A stretch of 64,000 bases of DNA from positions 205 through 64,204 of the IMG/VR virus record IMGVR_UViG_3300044628_000433. One strand, written 5' to 3'. Shown piece by piece: positions 37,319 to 48,100 of this stretch; position 1 is the stretch's first letter, and each line of letters opens with the position of its first letter. Source of the DNA: a virus (lineage: Duplodnaviria > Caudoviricetes). The translations under genes were made by a program, and so were the position numbers. Under the pieces are notes generated by a model. It was not told the origin of the DNA, did no database searches, and was given only the letters and a program-made list of their open reading frames with translations.

Positions 37319-38989
37319 ATGCAAGTACCAGATGAAGTCTTAGAAGACTTTCGAAATCATTGCTTCTTTTGTATGAAGTACCTAGGACTTGGTGAGCCAA
37401 GCCCACTTCAGTATGCAATCGCTGAGTGTGTACAGAATGGCCCCAAGGATATGCAGCTCCAAGCTGGTCGTGGTGCTGGCAAGTCAACCATCGTTGCTAT
37501 GTATGCTTCGTGGTTATTGTTAAATAATCCAAACACAACAATCATGGTCTTGTCTGCAACACAGGACAAGGCCATTAAGTTTATTTCTCAGGTTCGTCAG
37601 ATCCTGAGTTTAGTCCCCTATATGCAACACCTACTTCCAAAGGAACATGATAAAGACTCAGCCTTTGGTTTTAATGTTGGTATTCGGGATAAGGTTGGTC
37701 AGGACTTGTCTTGTTATGCCAAGGGTATCACAGGACAGATTACAGGTAGCCACGCAGATTATGTGTTGGCTGACGATATTGAGATTGAGAAGAACTCCGA
37801 TAGTCCTCAAGCTCGACAGAAGTTGTTAGACAAGTTAACAGAACTAGAACAGATTAGAAACCCAGTTCCATACGGTAGGATTGTATTCTTGGGTACGTAT
37901 CAAAGTACGGATTCAATCTATCTACGTCTACCCTATGAGATTGTAAAGTTTCCTGCTGTCATCCCAGATCCAGAAATTGAGTCTCAGTGGTTACACTGTC
38001 ACGAATACATCTCTGATCTTGAGGGACAACCCGGAGATACTGTAGATCCCATGCGCTTTCCTCAGCACATTCTAGAGGAACGCCTAGCTAAGATTGGACC
38101 ACGGCAGTTTGCTTTGCACTACTTGCTTGACCCATCTCTTAGCGATGCCAGCAAGCATCCTCTAAAGCTTGAGGATCTTGTTGTCATGGATGTATCTCCA
38201 GAGGTATTCCCAGAGAAGGTTGTGTGGGCAAGAAACAAGCCACTAGACATTCCTAGCTATGGCTTGAATGGAGATCTATTGTATGGCCCTATGTGGGCAT
38301 CTGCTACGATGACCAAGTATGTTGATACCAGATTGTGTATCGACCCCTCTGGTCGTGGTGCAGACGAAACAGCTTACTGTGTGGCATCCTTCGTGAATGG
38401 ATACATTGTCATCCACGAACTAGATGGTCTACCAGGTGGCTATGATGATATTACCTTGGGTCGAATTGCAAAGATTGCAAATCAATATCAAGTATCAACC
38501 ATCATGGTCGAAGCAAACTACGGAGACGGTATGTTTACGTCATTGCTTAGACCTATCGTATATGGAATCTGTGGTCGTGTTGCGATTGAAGAGTTCAAGG
38601 TATCGGGAGCTAAAGAGAAAAGAATCTTAGATACACTAGAACCTGTAATGTCTCAACACCGATTGATCTTTGATACCGAAGCTATTCGATCAAAGGAAAC
38701 ACAAATCCAAATCTCAAGAATGCAAAATAAGCGGGGAGCGTTAAAGCACGATGACCGTGTTGACGTTCTCGCCAGTATTGTAAAACTCTGGGTAGACAAT
38801 CTGGTCATCACACCAGATGAGATTATCCAAAGAAACGTAGACAGAGAACACCGTGATACCGTCAAGGAATGGCTCAGCAATAAGCGTATTGTTGGTCTAC
38901 TTGGTGAGAAGTATCGAGGTATCGTTGAAGCACAAGAGCGTGTCAATAAACGCCACGGCTCTATAATTGATAATTTCTACAGGAGATAA
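37319..38989 (+). CDS. Terminase large subunit (gp19-like)
   Basis: QAGRGAGKS, GITGQITGSHAD..ADDIE, LGT, IDPSGRGADET, EANYGDGMF, HDDRVD. Confidence 0.97.
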   Translation: MQVPDEVLEDFRNHCFFCMKYLGLGEPSPLQYAIAECVQNGPKDMQLQAGRGAGKSTIVAMYASWLLLNNPNTTIMVLSATQDKAIKFISQVRQILSLVPYMQHLLPKEHDKDSAFGFNVGIRDKVGQDLSCYAKGITGQITGSHADYVLADDIEIEKNSDSPQARQKLLDKLTELEQIRNPVPYGRIVFLGTYQSTDSIYLRLPYEIVKFPAVIPDPEIESQWLHCHEYISDLEGQPGDTVDPMRFPQHILEERLAKIGPRQFALHYLLDPSLSDASKHPLKLEDLVVMDVSPEVFPEKVVWARNKPLDIPSYGLNGDLLYGPMWASATMTKYVDTRLCIDPSGRGADETAYCVASFVNGYIVIHELDGLPGGYDDITLGRIAKIANQYQVSTIMVEANYGDGMFTSLLRPIVYGICGRVAIEEFKVSGAKEKRILDTLEPVMSQHRLIFDTEAIRSKETQIQISRMQNKRGALKHDDRVDVLASIVKLWVDNLVITPDEIIQRNVDREHRDTVKEWLSNKRIVGLLGEKYRGIVEAQERVNKRHGSIIDNFYRR

Positions 38990-38990
38990 T

Positions 38991-39629
38991 ATGCCTCCAT
39001 TTACGGCAGCAATCGTCGGTGGTCTAGCCGCTGGATCTGGAATCTTAAGCGGAATGAGCGGAGCTTCTCAAGCAAACGCTCAGGCTATGGCCCAGCAGAT
39101 GCAACAAGACCAACAGAACTTTCAGAATCGTTGGGCTAATGAAACACAAAACAGAAACATTCTCAGACAGTGGCAAGCTCAGTACCACACGAATAGAGCA
39201 TTAGAACGCTCGTCATTGCAACAAGCTGTGGCAGCTCAGTACTATGGCACCAAGTCATATCAGAATGCCACGTCAGAACTTAGCAAGCAAACTCGTCAAG
39301 TTACAGATCAGGCATTAGCTTCTGCATCCTCTAGTGGTATTTCGTTGAACTCTGCTTCTGTTCGGGCAACCCTCAGACAAGCGGCAACGGAAGCTCAAAA
39401 GATGTCCAAGAATATGCGAGTTAATTATATGAACACAATGCAAGATATTTCTACACAACGAGAGAACATCTTGGGCCAAAGAAACCTAGCTGCTCCAGAG
39501 CAGATGGCTTTCTTAAACACAACGGGCGGTATTGTTAATTCGTCCTCAAACATTATGGCAACTGGCTTGGCTACTGGACTCATGTCTGGTCTATCTGCTG
39601 GTATCGGCGCATATAGGGCGGGATCATAA
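38991..39629 (+). CDS. Internal virion protein (gp14-like)
   Basis: Gly/Ala hydrophobic N- and C-termini; Gln-rich coil; SGISLNS; no Cys. Confidence 0.75.
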   Translation: MPPFTAAIVGGLAAGSGILSGMSGASQANAQAMAQQMQQDQQNFQNRWANETQNRNILRQWQAQYHTNRALERSSLQQAVAAQYYGTKSYQNATSELSKQTRQVTDQALASASSSGISLNSASVRATLRQAATEAQKMSKNMRVNYMNTMQDISTQRENILGQRNLAAPEQMAFLNTTGGIVNSSSNIMATGLATGLMSGLSAGIGAYRAGS

Positions 39630-40597
39630 TGCTTAATCAAAACAAACTACAGAAGCTGTTTGAAATTGCTACTGGTCAACAACCAGAAACGCAACGTCTA
39701 ACAGCTGCAAAGAAGAAGACCAACACATTAGATCGTGTAAAGAAGCGTAAGGATATCTTTAAGTCTATCTATAACGATCCGTTTGATGCCTTCGAAAAGT
39801 GGTACCAAGACTCTCTTAAGGATGTCTCTTCAGACAACGCTGATGAGTTTTGGTCTGAAGCTGAGCAGGAGTTTCCCGGCAGTCCCGATCAAGCTAAGGA
39901 TTGGTTACGGTCTCAAGTTAAGAAGCCAACCGATCCAGCTGCACGGGAATCGTCTTTACGAAACACAATGACCAAGGCACCGTCGTGGTTAAACCAAGAG
40001 CTATCCCCAGAGTTAGCAAACACAGAACAAGAAGTAACGTCACAAAATCTCAGCAAGTCACAGCTTGCATATCGCAAGGTTCTTGAAAATAAGATTCAAG
40101 CTTTTAAGTTTGATCAATTAGATCCAGACGTTCCAGCTGAAATTCACGTAGATGACATGATTAAGTTAGAGCTTATGGGCCTACTTGATGGTGCATCAAT
40201 CATTGAGGGACGCTTTGCAACAACAAATAGAGATGGCTCTATTCAACCAGCATTTGCTTTAAGCAATTCTACTGAAGCTAATGGTGTTGGTCTTGGTCCA
40301 GAAACTGAACTCATTACAAAGATGGCTAAGCCATTGTTTGAACGAGCCGTGGTTGATGGACTAGATACGGGTATCGCAACACAGGAAATGAACAACAGAG
40401 CGGTAACAGGTGCTGGCCTACAGATGCTACCAAACATGGATGTATCTGAGTGGTCAACAATCTTAGGCGCAATGCCAAAGCAAGATATTCCAGCTGCTGT
40501 TCAACAGGGCTTTAACAGACGGGCTGAGATAGATCCCTTTGCCTCTGGTGAAGAGATGCTAGCTGATTCCCTATCTATAGAGGACTTACTTAGATGA
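39629..40597 (+). CDS. Probable internal virion protein
   Basis: 322 aa; helical; no Cys; lies between the gp14-like and gp15-like genes. Confidence 0.6.
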   Translation: MLNQNKLQKLFEIATGQQPETQRLTAAKKKTNTLDRVKKRKDIFKSIYNDPFDAFEKWYQDSLKDVSSDNADEFWSEAEQEFPGSPDQAKDWLRSQVKKPTDPAARESSLRNTMTKAPSWLNQELSPELANTEQEVTSQNLSKSQLAYRKVLENKIQAFKFDQLDPDVPAEIHVDDMIKLELMGLLDGASIIEGRFATTNRDGSIQPAFALSNSTEANGVGLGPETELITKMAKPLFERAVVDGLDTGIATQEMNNRAVTGAGLQMLPNMDVSEWSTILGAMPKQDIPAAVQQGFNRRAEIDPFASGEEMLADSLSIEDLLR

Positions 40598-43500
40598 TTG
40601 AAATGCAAGGACCGGGGGTATTTCTAAATCCCCCTAATCAACCAATATATCAAGAAACACAAGTTAAGCTTCCAGAGAATGTCGTTGGCGTTGGTCAAGG
40701 AATTGACTGGGGTGCCATTGGTGAATCTGTTGCCAAGTTTGGAACAGAACTCGTATCTTATGATATTGAAGATAAGCGTAAGAAAAAGCAACGCCTACTT
40801 GAAGATCTAGAAGCAAAAACACAAATGAGCATTGACAATGCGTCTGCTTATAATGATTTTGATTCTGTAGATGCTCAAATTACAGAGTATAAAAACCAAG
40901 TCAAAGAAATCGTTGGTTACGATATTGACTCGGATGGTGGCGGTGAAACAAGCTCAGCTCTGTTGGAGCAAGCTAGAAAGACTGCTTATAATTTCGATCT
41001 CTACGGTCAAAGGGCTAGACGAGAAACAGCAGATGATGTTATGTTATCTGCGTTTAACGATGACAGTCTTGCGTTTCAGGAATACCTATTAACATCCGAC
41101 AATCCAACTTTTGATATTGAAGGTAGACTTGTCCAGCTTGAGCAAATGCAAAAAGACGTTCAAGATAAACCTCAAAAGACAATGGGTGATAGAGCCTATC
41201 TTGCTGCTGTTCGTAAAGAAAAGATTGACTTACTAGAAACACAGGGAAAGATGACAGCAGCTTCTGCTAAAAGTTTTAACGAGGCTAGAGAAGCTGATAA
41301 GAAACAACTGGAAGGTCGCATTGCAAACCACAACAAGGAACTAAGAAGTATTTGGGAGCGGACAGAACAGCTTGCAAAAGAAACTTCAGCATTACGCGCT
41401 AAACCGGATAAGACAGAAGCTGAAGTTGCTGAACTTAGATCCCTTGAAATTAGAATGAATTCAGAAGCTTATCAGGTTCAAAGACTAGAAGCTATAGCAT
41501 ATAAACTTCAAGACTCTTATGCACAGGAGTTTTATGGTAGATCTTGGGATGAAAATATTGCCAAGAGCATGCCAGAAGATACGTATTCAAATATCTTAAA
41601 TGCTAAAAACAGTAGAACAAATGCCCTTAACACGGCATCCTTTCTACCGTACAAGAGAGCTGAAGAAGCTCAGAGAATGCAGATCGCTAGCGTAACGGAT
41701 AGAGTTAACTCAGCAATTAGACAAGCTGAAGCTGATATTAATCTTATAGATTCGGTTATTAAATCTGCACCGGAAGCTGATAGACAAGGATTTATTAACG
41801 CAAGACACGCTAGAATCACAAAACTTGAAAAAGCTCTATTAGAAATTAATAGTGGTGGTGTTCCGCTTATTGTTCAAGATCTAACTAAAACAGTAGACGG
41901 CTTAAAATTCTTCGGTCAATCACTTAAGTTTGATTCGTCACCAACTGCATTAACGGAGTTTACAGCTAACGCAGTAGAGTCCTATAGTCAACCGCACGAA
42001 ACAATTTATAAGACATTTAGAAATACCGTCGATAAGTTCAATCAGTTCTTGTCAACTCGTCAGGATATTCCTGGGTCATCAATTACCGGAGATTCCAGAG
42101 AAAAGCGAACAAAGAAAAATTTAGCTAGCTATAGTAAATTATATCAGCGAATACCAAATTTAAATTTAAACCCGTCTGAGATCAACGAAGTATTTCTTGA
42201 CGTAATACAAAAAAATGGTGTTGATCCTTATCAAGCGGATGGCATCAACATCAAGCCGTGGAGTGAACTTTCAAAAGAAATACAGGCAGCTGGTATTCAA
42301 CTAACACCAAATGGATTCTTACACACAGAAATTGGCGTAAATGCTATTACTGAATTGTTAAGATCTAATGCTCCACTAGATCAATGGCAAAATATGTTGG
42401 CGTTTGGTTCTGCGGGAAATGAGTGGTTTGCCGTGCTGAACGCTTCTCACAGCGAATCTCCAATGAATGGTGGTGTTGCGGATATGCTTGCTGGGGCGTT
42501 AATGAACCCAGACACACGCCAAGCAGCGACAGCTGCGTTTATTATGTTTACACCAAAGGATCATATTGCTAGCAATTTAGATAGAATTCGTAACACGGGA
42601 ATTGGACAGCAAAACCCAGCTGGTTTTACCAATGCTTTCGAAACACTACAGGCTCTAGCTAAAGAGCATGGTGGTAATGGAGATCCTTTAAAGTTTATTC
42701 AAGGCCAGCTTATTGATGTTGAGTTACTAAAGGAAAAGCAGAGACTTCAGAAACTTAGCCGCAGCTCAGACGTTCTACAACCGCTGGTTGGAGCCTATAG
42801 TACACGTGAGAATCTCTCTGAAGAAACACAAGACAAAGTTAAATTGAATGCTATTATGGTGGAATTACGAGATAATGTATTTCCACAAATAGAAGCTAGG
42901 GTTGGCCCTAATGTAAATCTACAGAGTTTATTAACTGGAAATGCTGTAAATCCAGCACTTAGGGAGATTTCAGAAATTGCAATAGGTCACTACTATGATG
43001 CAAAATACGATCCACGAACTAAATACTCAGATGAAGATTTGTGGGAAATAGCCGCAGATCGAACAAACAAAAGTCTACAGAATTTTGTTGTTAAGTCCTC
43101 TGGATTACAGCTAGAGAAACCAGACACTCCGGAACCACCAGTGGGAATAGCCGACCGATTCATTGCTGGATCTGATATTCAATATGGATTACAGGACGGT
43201 GGTAAACAAAATCTTAATGTTCTATTAGATGCAGACTTTGATGTGAATGGCCTTGACAAAAGTACATTCAATCAATACGGTACATTTACCGCCCCACCAA
43301 CAGATATGGAAAACCCAGCCGCAGTGGCTCTGGCTGTGTCAGCTGTACGTGGCATGGACGTATCAGGAATTCCTGGCAATGCCTCCAGTAATATAATGGC
43401 AATAGCTACAGAAGTTATTGGTGGTCACAAGGATAATAGAACAATGCTTGTGGCTCAAGCCGCCCTAAAAGACTTAGGAAATCCCAAAACACTTACAGAA

Positions 43501-45153
43501 GCCATTGCAACCGCTAAAAGAAATATGCAACGCATACAAGCTGGTATTGACAGTGGCGAGTTCAAGTTTGTTGTCGGTACGGACATTAGTAACCTAAACA
43601 AAAAGCAAACAGCAACAACTGTTGAACTTCGAAATAAGGATAATGTTCTAGCTACATTCCAACCATCTCCAATCAAGAAATCAATGCTTGGTTCTAATGC
43701 TCACCGCTCAGCATTAAAGAGAATGTCCAAAGAACAATTCTCCAGATTTGCAGTAGGTAAGATTAATGCTGGTGAGGTAAACCACGCAATGGTTGTGGAT
43801 TACCTAACCGCTAATGGTATCTCTAATCAATCCCTTAGAGAAACTACACAGTGGGGTAATATTATTCCATGGGCTTCACCGATGTCTGGTCTTCCTATTC
43901 CAATGAGTATTCCAAACGAAGATTATCGTTACGAGTATGTTGACCACATGGGTAAACCACAATGGTTTGTTACTAAGGATGGTGAGCCGAGACAGCCAGT
44001 AAACGGATTCTTATCTACTGATGGTTTAAAACCTTATCGAACAATATTAAAACCACAACCAAAAGCACCTCAACAACCCAAAACATCACAACAACCAAAA
44101 GAAACATACGGCAAATATGTTTACACTGGGGCAGAATCAAGATTATCTCGTCGTACTGGTGTAACTGGTATTGCTGGTAAGCCCCTGCTCATGTATGAGT
44201 GGAAGGGAATGGGTACGCCTTGGCAGTTAGATACAGCTCGTTATGGTGATGATACGTCACCTACAAAGGTAACGTTAGAGCCACAGGAAATGGAGTTTGA
44301 AACAACTCTTCGAAACACACTACAGGCACCGATGCCCTTTATGAAGACGTGGAGTGAATTTATTGCTCCACACATGAGGCCAAAACGGGAACAAGTAACA
44401 AGCACAAAAGACGCTTCACCTGCAATACAGACTTTTAGGGAGTGGGAAAAAGATCAAAAACTTTTGGGTGTTACATCCGAAACAACGGAAGAACCGGAAT
44501 CACGTCTTGGTGTACGTAGCGATGGTCTGATTGACCATAAGACCGTACTTACAACCGTTGCTGGTAAACCTGTTGTAATCTCCTACTCTAAGCCGACCCT
44601 CAGTAATAACTGGGTCATGGAGGTTGTTGAACCGGAGGTCGAAGAAAGCGAAAGCACAAACGGCTTCATGGACTTTAAGCGAGTATCCAGCGTTGTTAAG
44701 GGGGTTGCGGCTTCATTCATTTATGCCAAGCCAACTTCCAGTAAGAACTGGAATCTAATTCAGGGACCGATGGTAACTGATCTTGGTGGTGAAGTGATTC
44801 AATCACTGCAACAAGGATATGTAGATGGTCAGTTGTTTGGTCTTCGTCTTCCAACTAAAAATCAAGTAGTCAAGGCAGCAATGGAAGTAAACAATGCTGT
44901 TGAGAAATACTCGATGATTGCTGGTGAGGTTTGGAGACAAGCTCAACTTGCAAACTATATACACCCAACCAACAAGCATGTAAGACGGCAATACGTCGAA
45001 GCTCACGAAGCTTATATGAGATCATTAACTTTGATTGCAGAACGCAATCGAATCAGAAACCAACCACGCGAGACTGTAAAAATCTTCGATGACTTTGTGT
45101 CAAGAGAAGCTGATAATCTCGTTGAAATTTCTGATAATTATGTCGAACGATAA
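40594..45153 (+). CDS. Internal virion protein (gp15-like, enlarged; 1519 aa)
   Basis: Helical; no Cys seen; position in the ejection-protein cluster. Confidence 0.65.
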   Translation: MIEMQGPGVFLNPPNQPIYQETQVKLPENVVGVGQGIDWGAIGESVAKFGTELVSYDIEDKRKKKQRLLEDLEAKTQMSIDNASAYNDFDSVDAQITEYKNQVKEIVGYDIDSDGGGETSSALLEQARKTAYNFDLYGQRARRETADDVMLSAFNDDSLAFQEYLLTSDNPTFDIEGRLVQLEQMQKDVQDKPQKTMGDRAYLAAVRKEKIDLLETQGKMTAASAKSFNEAREADKKQLEGRIANHNKELRSIWERTEQLAKETSALRAKPDKTEAEVAELRSLEIRMNSEAYQVQRLEAIAYKLQDSYAQEFYGRSWDENIAKSMPEDTYSNILNAKNSRTNALNTASFLPYKRAEEAQRMQIASVTDRVNSAIRQAEADINLIDSVIKSAPEADRQGFINARHARITKLEKALLEINSGGVPLIVQDLTKTVDGLKFFGQSLKFDSSPTALTEFTANAVESYSQPHETIYKTFRNTVDKFNQFLSTRQDIPGSSITGDSREKRTKKNLASYSKLYQRIPNLNLNPSEINEVFLDVIQKNGVDPYQADGINIKPWSELSKEIQAAGIQLTPNGFLHTEIGVNAITELLRSNAPLDQWQNMLAFGSAGNEWFAVLNASHSESPMNGGVADMLAGALMNPDTRQAATAAFIMFTPKDHIASNLDRIRNTGIGQQNPAGFTNAFETLQALAKEHGGNGDPLKFIQGQLIDVELLKEKQRLQKLSRSSDVLQPLVGAYSTRENLSEETQDKVKLNAIMVELRDNVFPQIEARVGPNVNLQSLLTGNAVNPALREISEIAIGHYYDAKYDPRTKYSDEDLWEIAADRTNKSLQNFVVKSSGLQLEKPDTPEPPVGIADRFIAGSDIQYGLQDGGKQNLNVLLDADFDVNGLDKSTFNQYGTFTAPPTDMENPAAVALAVSAVRGMDVSGIPGNASSNIMAIATEVIGGHKDNRTMLVAQAALKDLGNPKTLTEAIATAKRNMQRIQAGIDSGEFKFVVGTDISNLNKKQTATTVELRNKDNVLATFQPSPIKKSMLGSNAHRSALKRMSKEQFSRFAVGKINAGEVNHAMVVDYLTANGISNQSLRETTQWGNIIPWASPMSGLPIPMSIPNEDYRYEYVDHMGKPQWFVTKDGEPRQPVNGFLSTDGLKPYRTILKPQPKAPQQPKTSQQPKETYGKYVYTGAESRLSRRTGVTGIAGKPLLMYEWKGMGTPWQLDTARYGDDTSPTKVTLEPQEMEFETTLRNTLQAPMPFMKTWSEFIAPHMRPKREQVTSTKDASPAIQTFREWEKDQKLLGVTSETTEEPESRLGVRSDGLIDHKTVLTTVAGKPVVISYSKPTLSNNWVMEVVEPEVEESESTNGFMDFKRVSSVVKGVAASFIYAKPTSSKNWNLIQGPMVTDLGGEVIQSLQQGYVDGQLFGLRLPTKNQVVKAAMEVNNAVEKYSMIAGEVWRQAQLANYIHPTNKHVRRQYVEAHEAYMRSLTLIAERNRIRNQPRETVKIFDDFVSREADNLVEISDNYVER

Positions 45154-45157
45154 CAAT

Positions 45158-45188
45158 GGTGGGGGTCTAACAGCCCCCACCTATTTTT
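45158..45188 (+). terminator. Rho-independent terminator or attenuator upstream of the giant gene
   Basis: GGTGGGGG-TCTAACAG-CCCCCACC-TATTTTT. Confidence 0.7.
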
Positions 45189-45198
45189 AAGGACTTAA

Positions 45199-48100
45199 AT
45201 GAATAACGATTTAGATCGACTTTTCGAAGAGAACAGCAAACCTCTTCCTTCAAAGTCACCTACCGTAAACTTCACAAATCCAACGTCTATGTATTCTGGT
45301 CAAACACCAGACATGGGCGAACAACAAATCAAGAATGAAAAGATTTCTCTTGGTCTTCTTAGCCCATCCTTTCTAAATGGAAGGTGGAATCTAACTGAAT
45401 CTGGGTTGACCAAAGAAGAAGTAGGCGATACAGCCCTTTCCTTTACTATTGGTGAGGGTTCTAAGGGATGGGGTGAACGCTCCATTCAAAAAGCATACCG
45501 TATGGTGGATCAGTTTGAGAACAAGGGCGATGCCATGTTCACAACGGATAACCGTGAAACTCACCACTGGGAACAGTTTGTAGAAGGTATTAACTTCTTC
45601 AATATTTTTGGAGAGAACGAAACGTTCCGTAGGGCCGATGAAGTTAAGAAGATTCTTAGCACTGTTGACCCAGAGTGGACTTATGAAAAGCAACTATCAG
45701 CCCTTACGGAGTGGCAAGAATCAAACCCAGAAGTAAATGACTTTGTGGCTCAGGCAGGAATTAATATCCAAGATTATGTACTAGAGACACGAAACCAACA
45801 AGCATTTATCTTTAACATTAACGAAGCCGTACAGCAAGCCAGATTAAACATCGGCATGCAACGGTTTGAAAAGGACAATGGAACGTTGTCCAAGCTTGGC
45901 AACTCCTTAATTGAGGGTATAAAAGACCCATTGATCCTCCGGGATATGGCACTCACCAGCGTAGCTACCCTTGGTTTGGGTACCGTGGCTGGCCTTGCTG
46001 GGGTCTCTGCCAGAGCCTTGTCTGGGTCGGTTGCTGCTGGTGTTAATTCCTCCCGCGCCCTTAGGGGTTTAAACCTCGTTAGACAGGCCGCTAACACCGC
46101 CGCGCTAGCGACAGGCCCAATGACTGGTCTCATCGAAGGACCAGCCTACGCGGCTATTAGGGCCGTTGTACCGTCAGCTGGTAGATCAGCTGTCAGTACC
46201 CTGTCAGCCCGTGGATTGGCATTAGCCCTTGAGGGTGGCGTTGCTGGGGCAGTATCGTCCTTGGCAGACCAGAAGGCCGATAACGAATGGCGTTCCTTGG
46301 TCTTTGCAGATACCGAAAAGGCGCTTAAGTATAACCTTGGCGAAACCGCCCTAGCTGCTCTAACTGGCTCCCTTGGTGCCGTTGGTGTTGCAAGCGCAGT
46401 ACGCTTTGGTCTGGGGTCCATCGGTGACTATAAGTATTATAAGACCGGAGACTGGGACGGTTTCCGTAGACAGATTGCAAACTCAATGGATACGTGGGCA
46501 ACCACCAAGGATGGCGATATCGTCTGGGGTAATACCCTTAGCGATGGTCGTGGTATCTTCTTTGGTGATACAGTCGATAAGTTTATGAAGAGCTATGACG
46601 GCAGAGACTTTACAAACGTCATGCTCAATGGCTCACGTCTCTTTGGTAAGTTCAATCCCCGTATTGCGGGTAAGATGAACCTTGACGTTAAGCGCGTCAT
46701 GCCAGTTATCGAAGAGTTTGAGAAGGCAACAGGTGTGGCTGGTGAAGCTGCTATGCTTAGCGTAGATGGCGTAGATCCAGAAACCCGTGGTATCTTTAAT
46801 CAACTTGTTAACGAGTCAAACCTTGCAGATGCAGACCTAACCATTGATGATGTTAAGGCTGTATTGGTTGATTACAATACCAAGCAACAACCACAACCAC
46901 CTACGGCAACTGGTCGGTTACTTACCGAAGCACCAGTAGCCACCCAACAAGTTGAGGTTGCAAGACAACTTAAGAGATTGGTTGCTGCCAAGAGTGTTGA
47001 TAGACGCTTGGAACAAATCGGATTATCATCCGCTACGGTTCTAAACAACGCAGAAGCAACACTTGGTCGCAGTATCAATCTATCGTCAGATGCAGATTTC
47101 CAGAACTTTATTACCGCCGCACGATACGAAGCGGCATCGGTAGATGAATCTCAGGTTGTAAATACCTTTAAGAGAATCGTCACTGGTGACTTTGGTGGCG
47201 GTCGTGTCATTCCAAAGGAAGTTGTTGATAGCATCTTTGTTGCAGCTTTTGGCGATAAGCCAATCGTTGTTACCGCAACGGGTTCAAATAAGAACTTTGC
47301 CGTTGTCGTTGATCCAAAGAATAAGGATGTCTTTGCCACCAAGCGAACCTTGGAGAAGGGCGATGATGGACAACTCAGCATTAAGCTTCGAGCCGATGAT
47401 CCTAAGTCCCCATTCTTCTCAAAGGATGTCCTTACGGTTGATACGGATACCTTGCAAGCAAAGCTTGTTGAGGTAAACGAAAAGCTTAACAAGGCTTGGA
47501 ATGACGTAAAGACGGCTAAGATTAAGGAAACAATTGAAAAGGTAAAGAAGACAAAGGTCAAGGAAGAACTTGTTAAGACCTTTGCTGAAGGTACCTCTGT
47601 AACCGTAGACAGCATTAAGAAGATCTTCGATCTTACTAAGGAAGAGGCTACGGTTGCTAAGATCATCATGGACTCATTAGGTTATGATGGTGATTCTAAT
47701 CTACTTAGAATCGCTTCCCTAGTGGCTGATGATAGAAACGCAGAGATCTTCTTCGAGGGTAACACCGCTCTTATTCGAGCAACCAAGTCTTCAGACGTTG
47801 GTACCGTTACCCACGAAATGTCTCACTACTTACAGGTAATGATTCTTGATGAACTTACTCCAGACGCTCGACATGCCATTGGTATTACAGACGAGATCTG
47901 GGAAAAGTTTAAGGACTGGGTTGGTTATACGGGAACTGAGTGGACCGAAAAGGCAGCAGAGAAGTTCGCTAATGGTATGTCACAATACGTTAGACGAGTT
48001 ATGTCTGGTGATGGTCGCGCTCCTAAGACCCAAGTTCAACGTCTATTCCACAGAATTGGCGACCACCTTGGAGATCTTGGTCAACGCTTCAAGAGCCAAG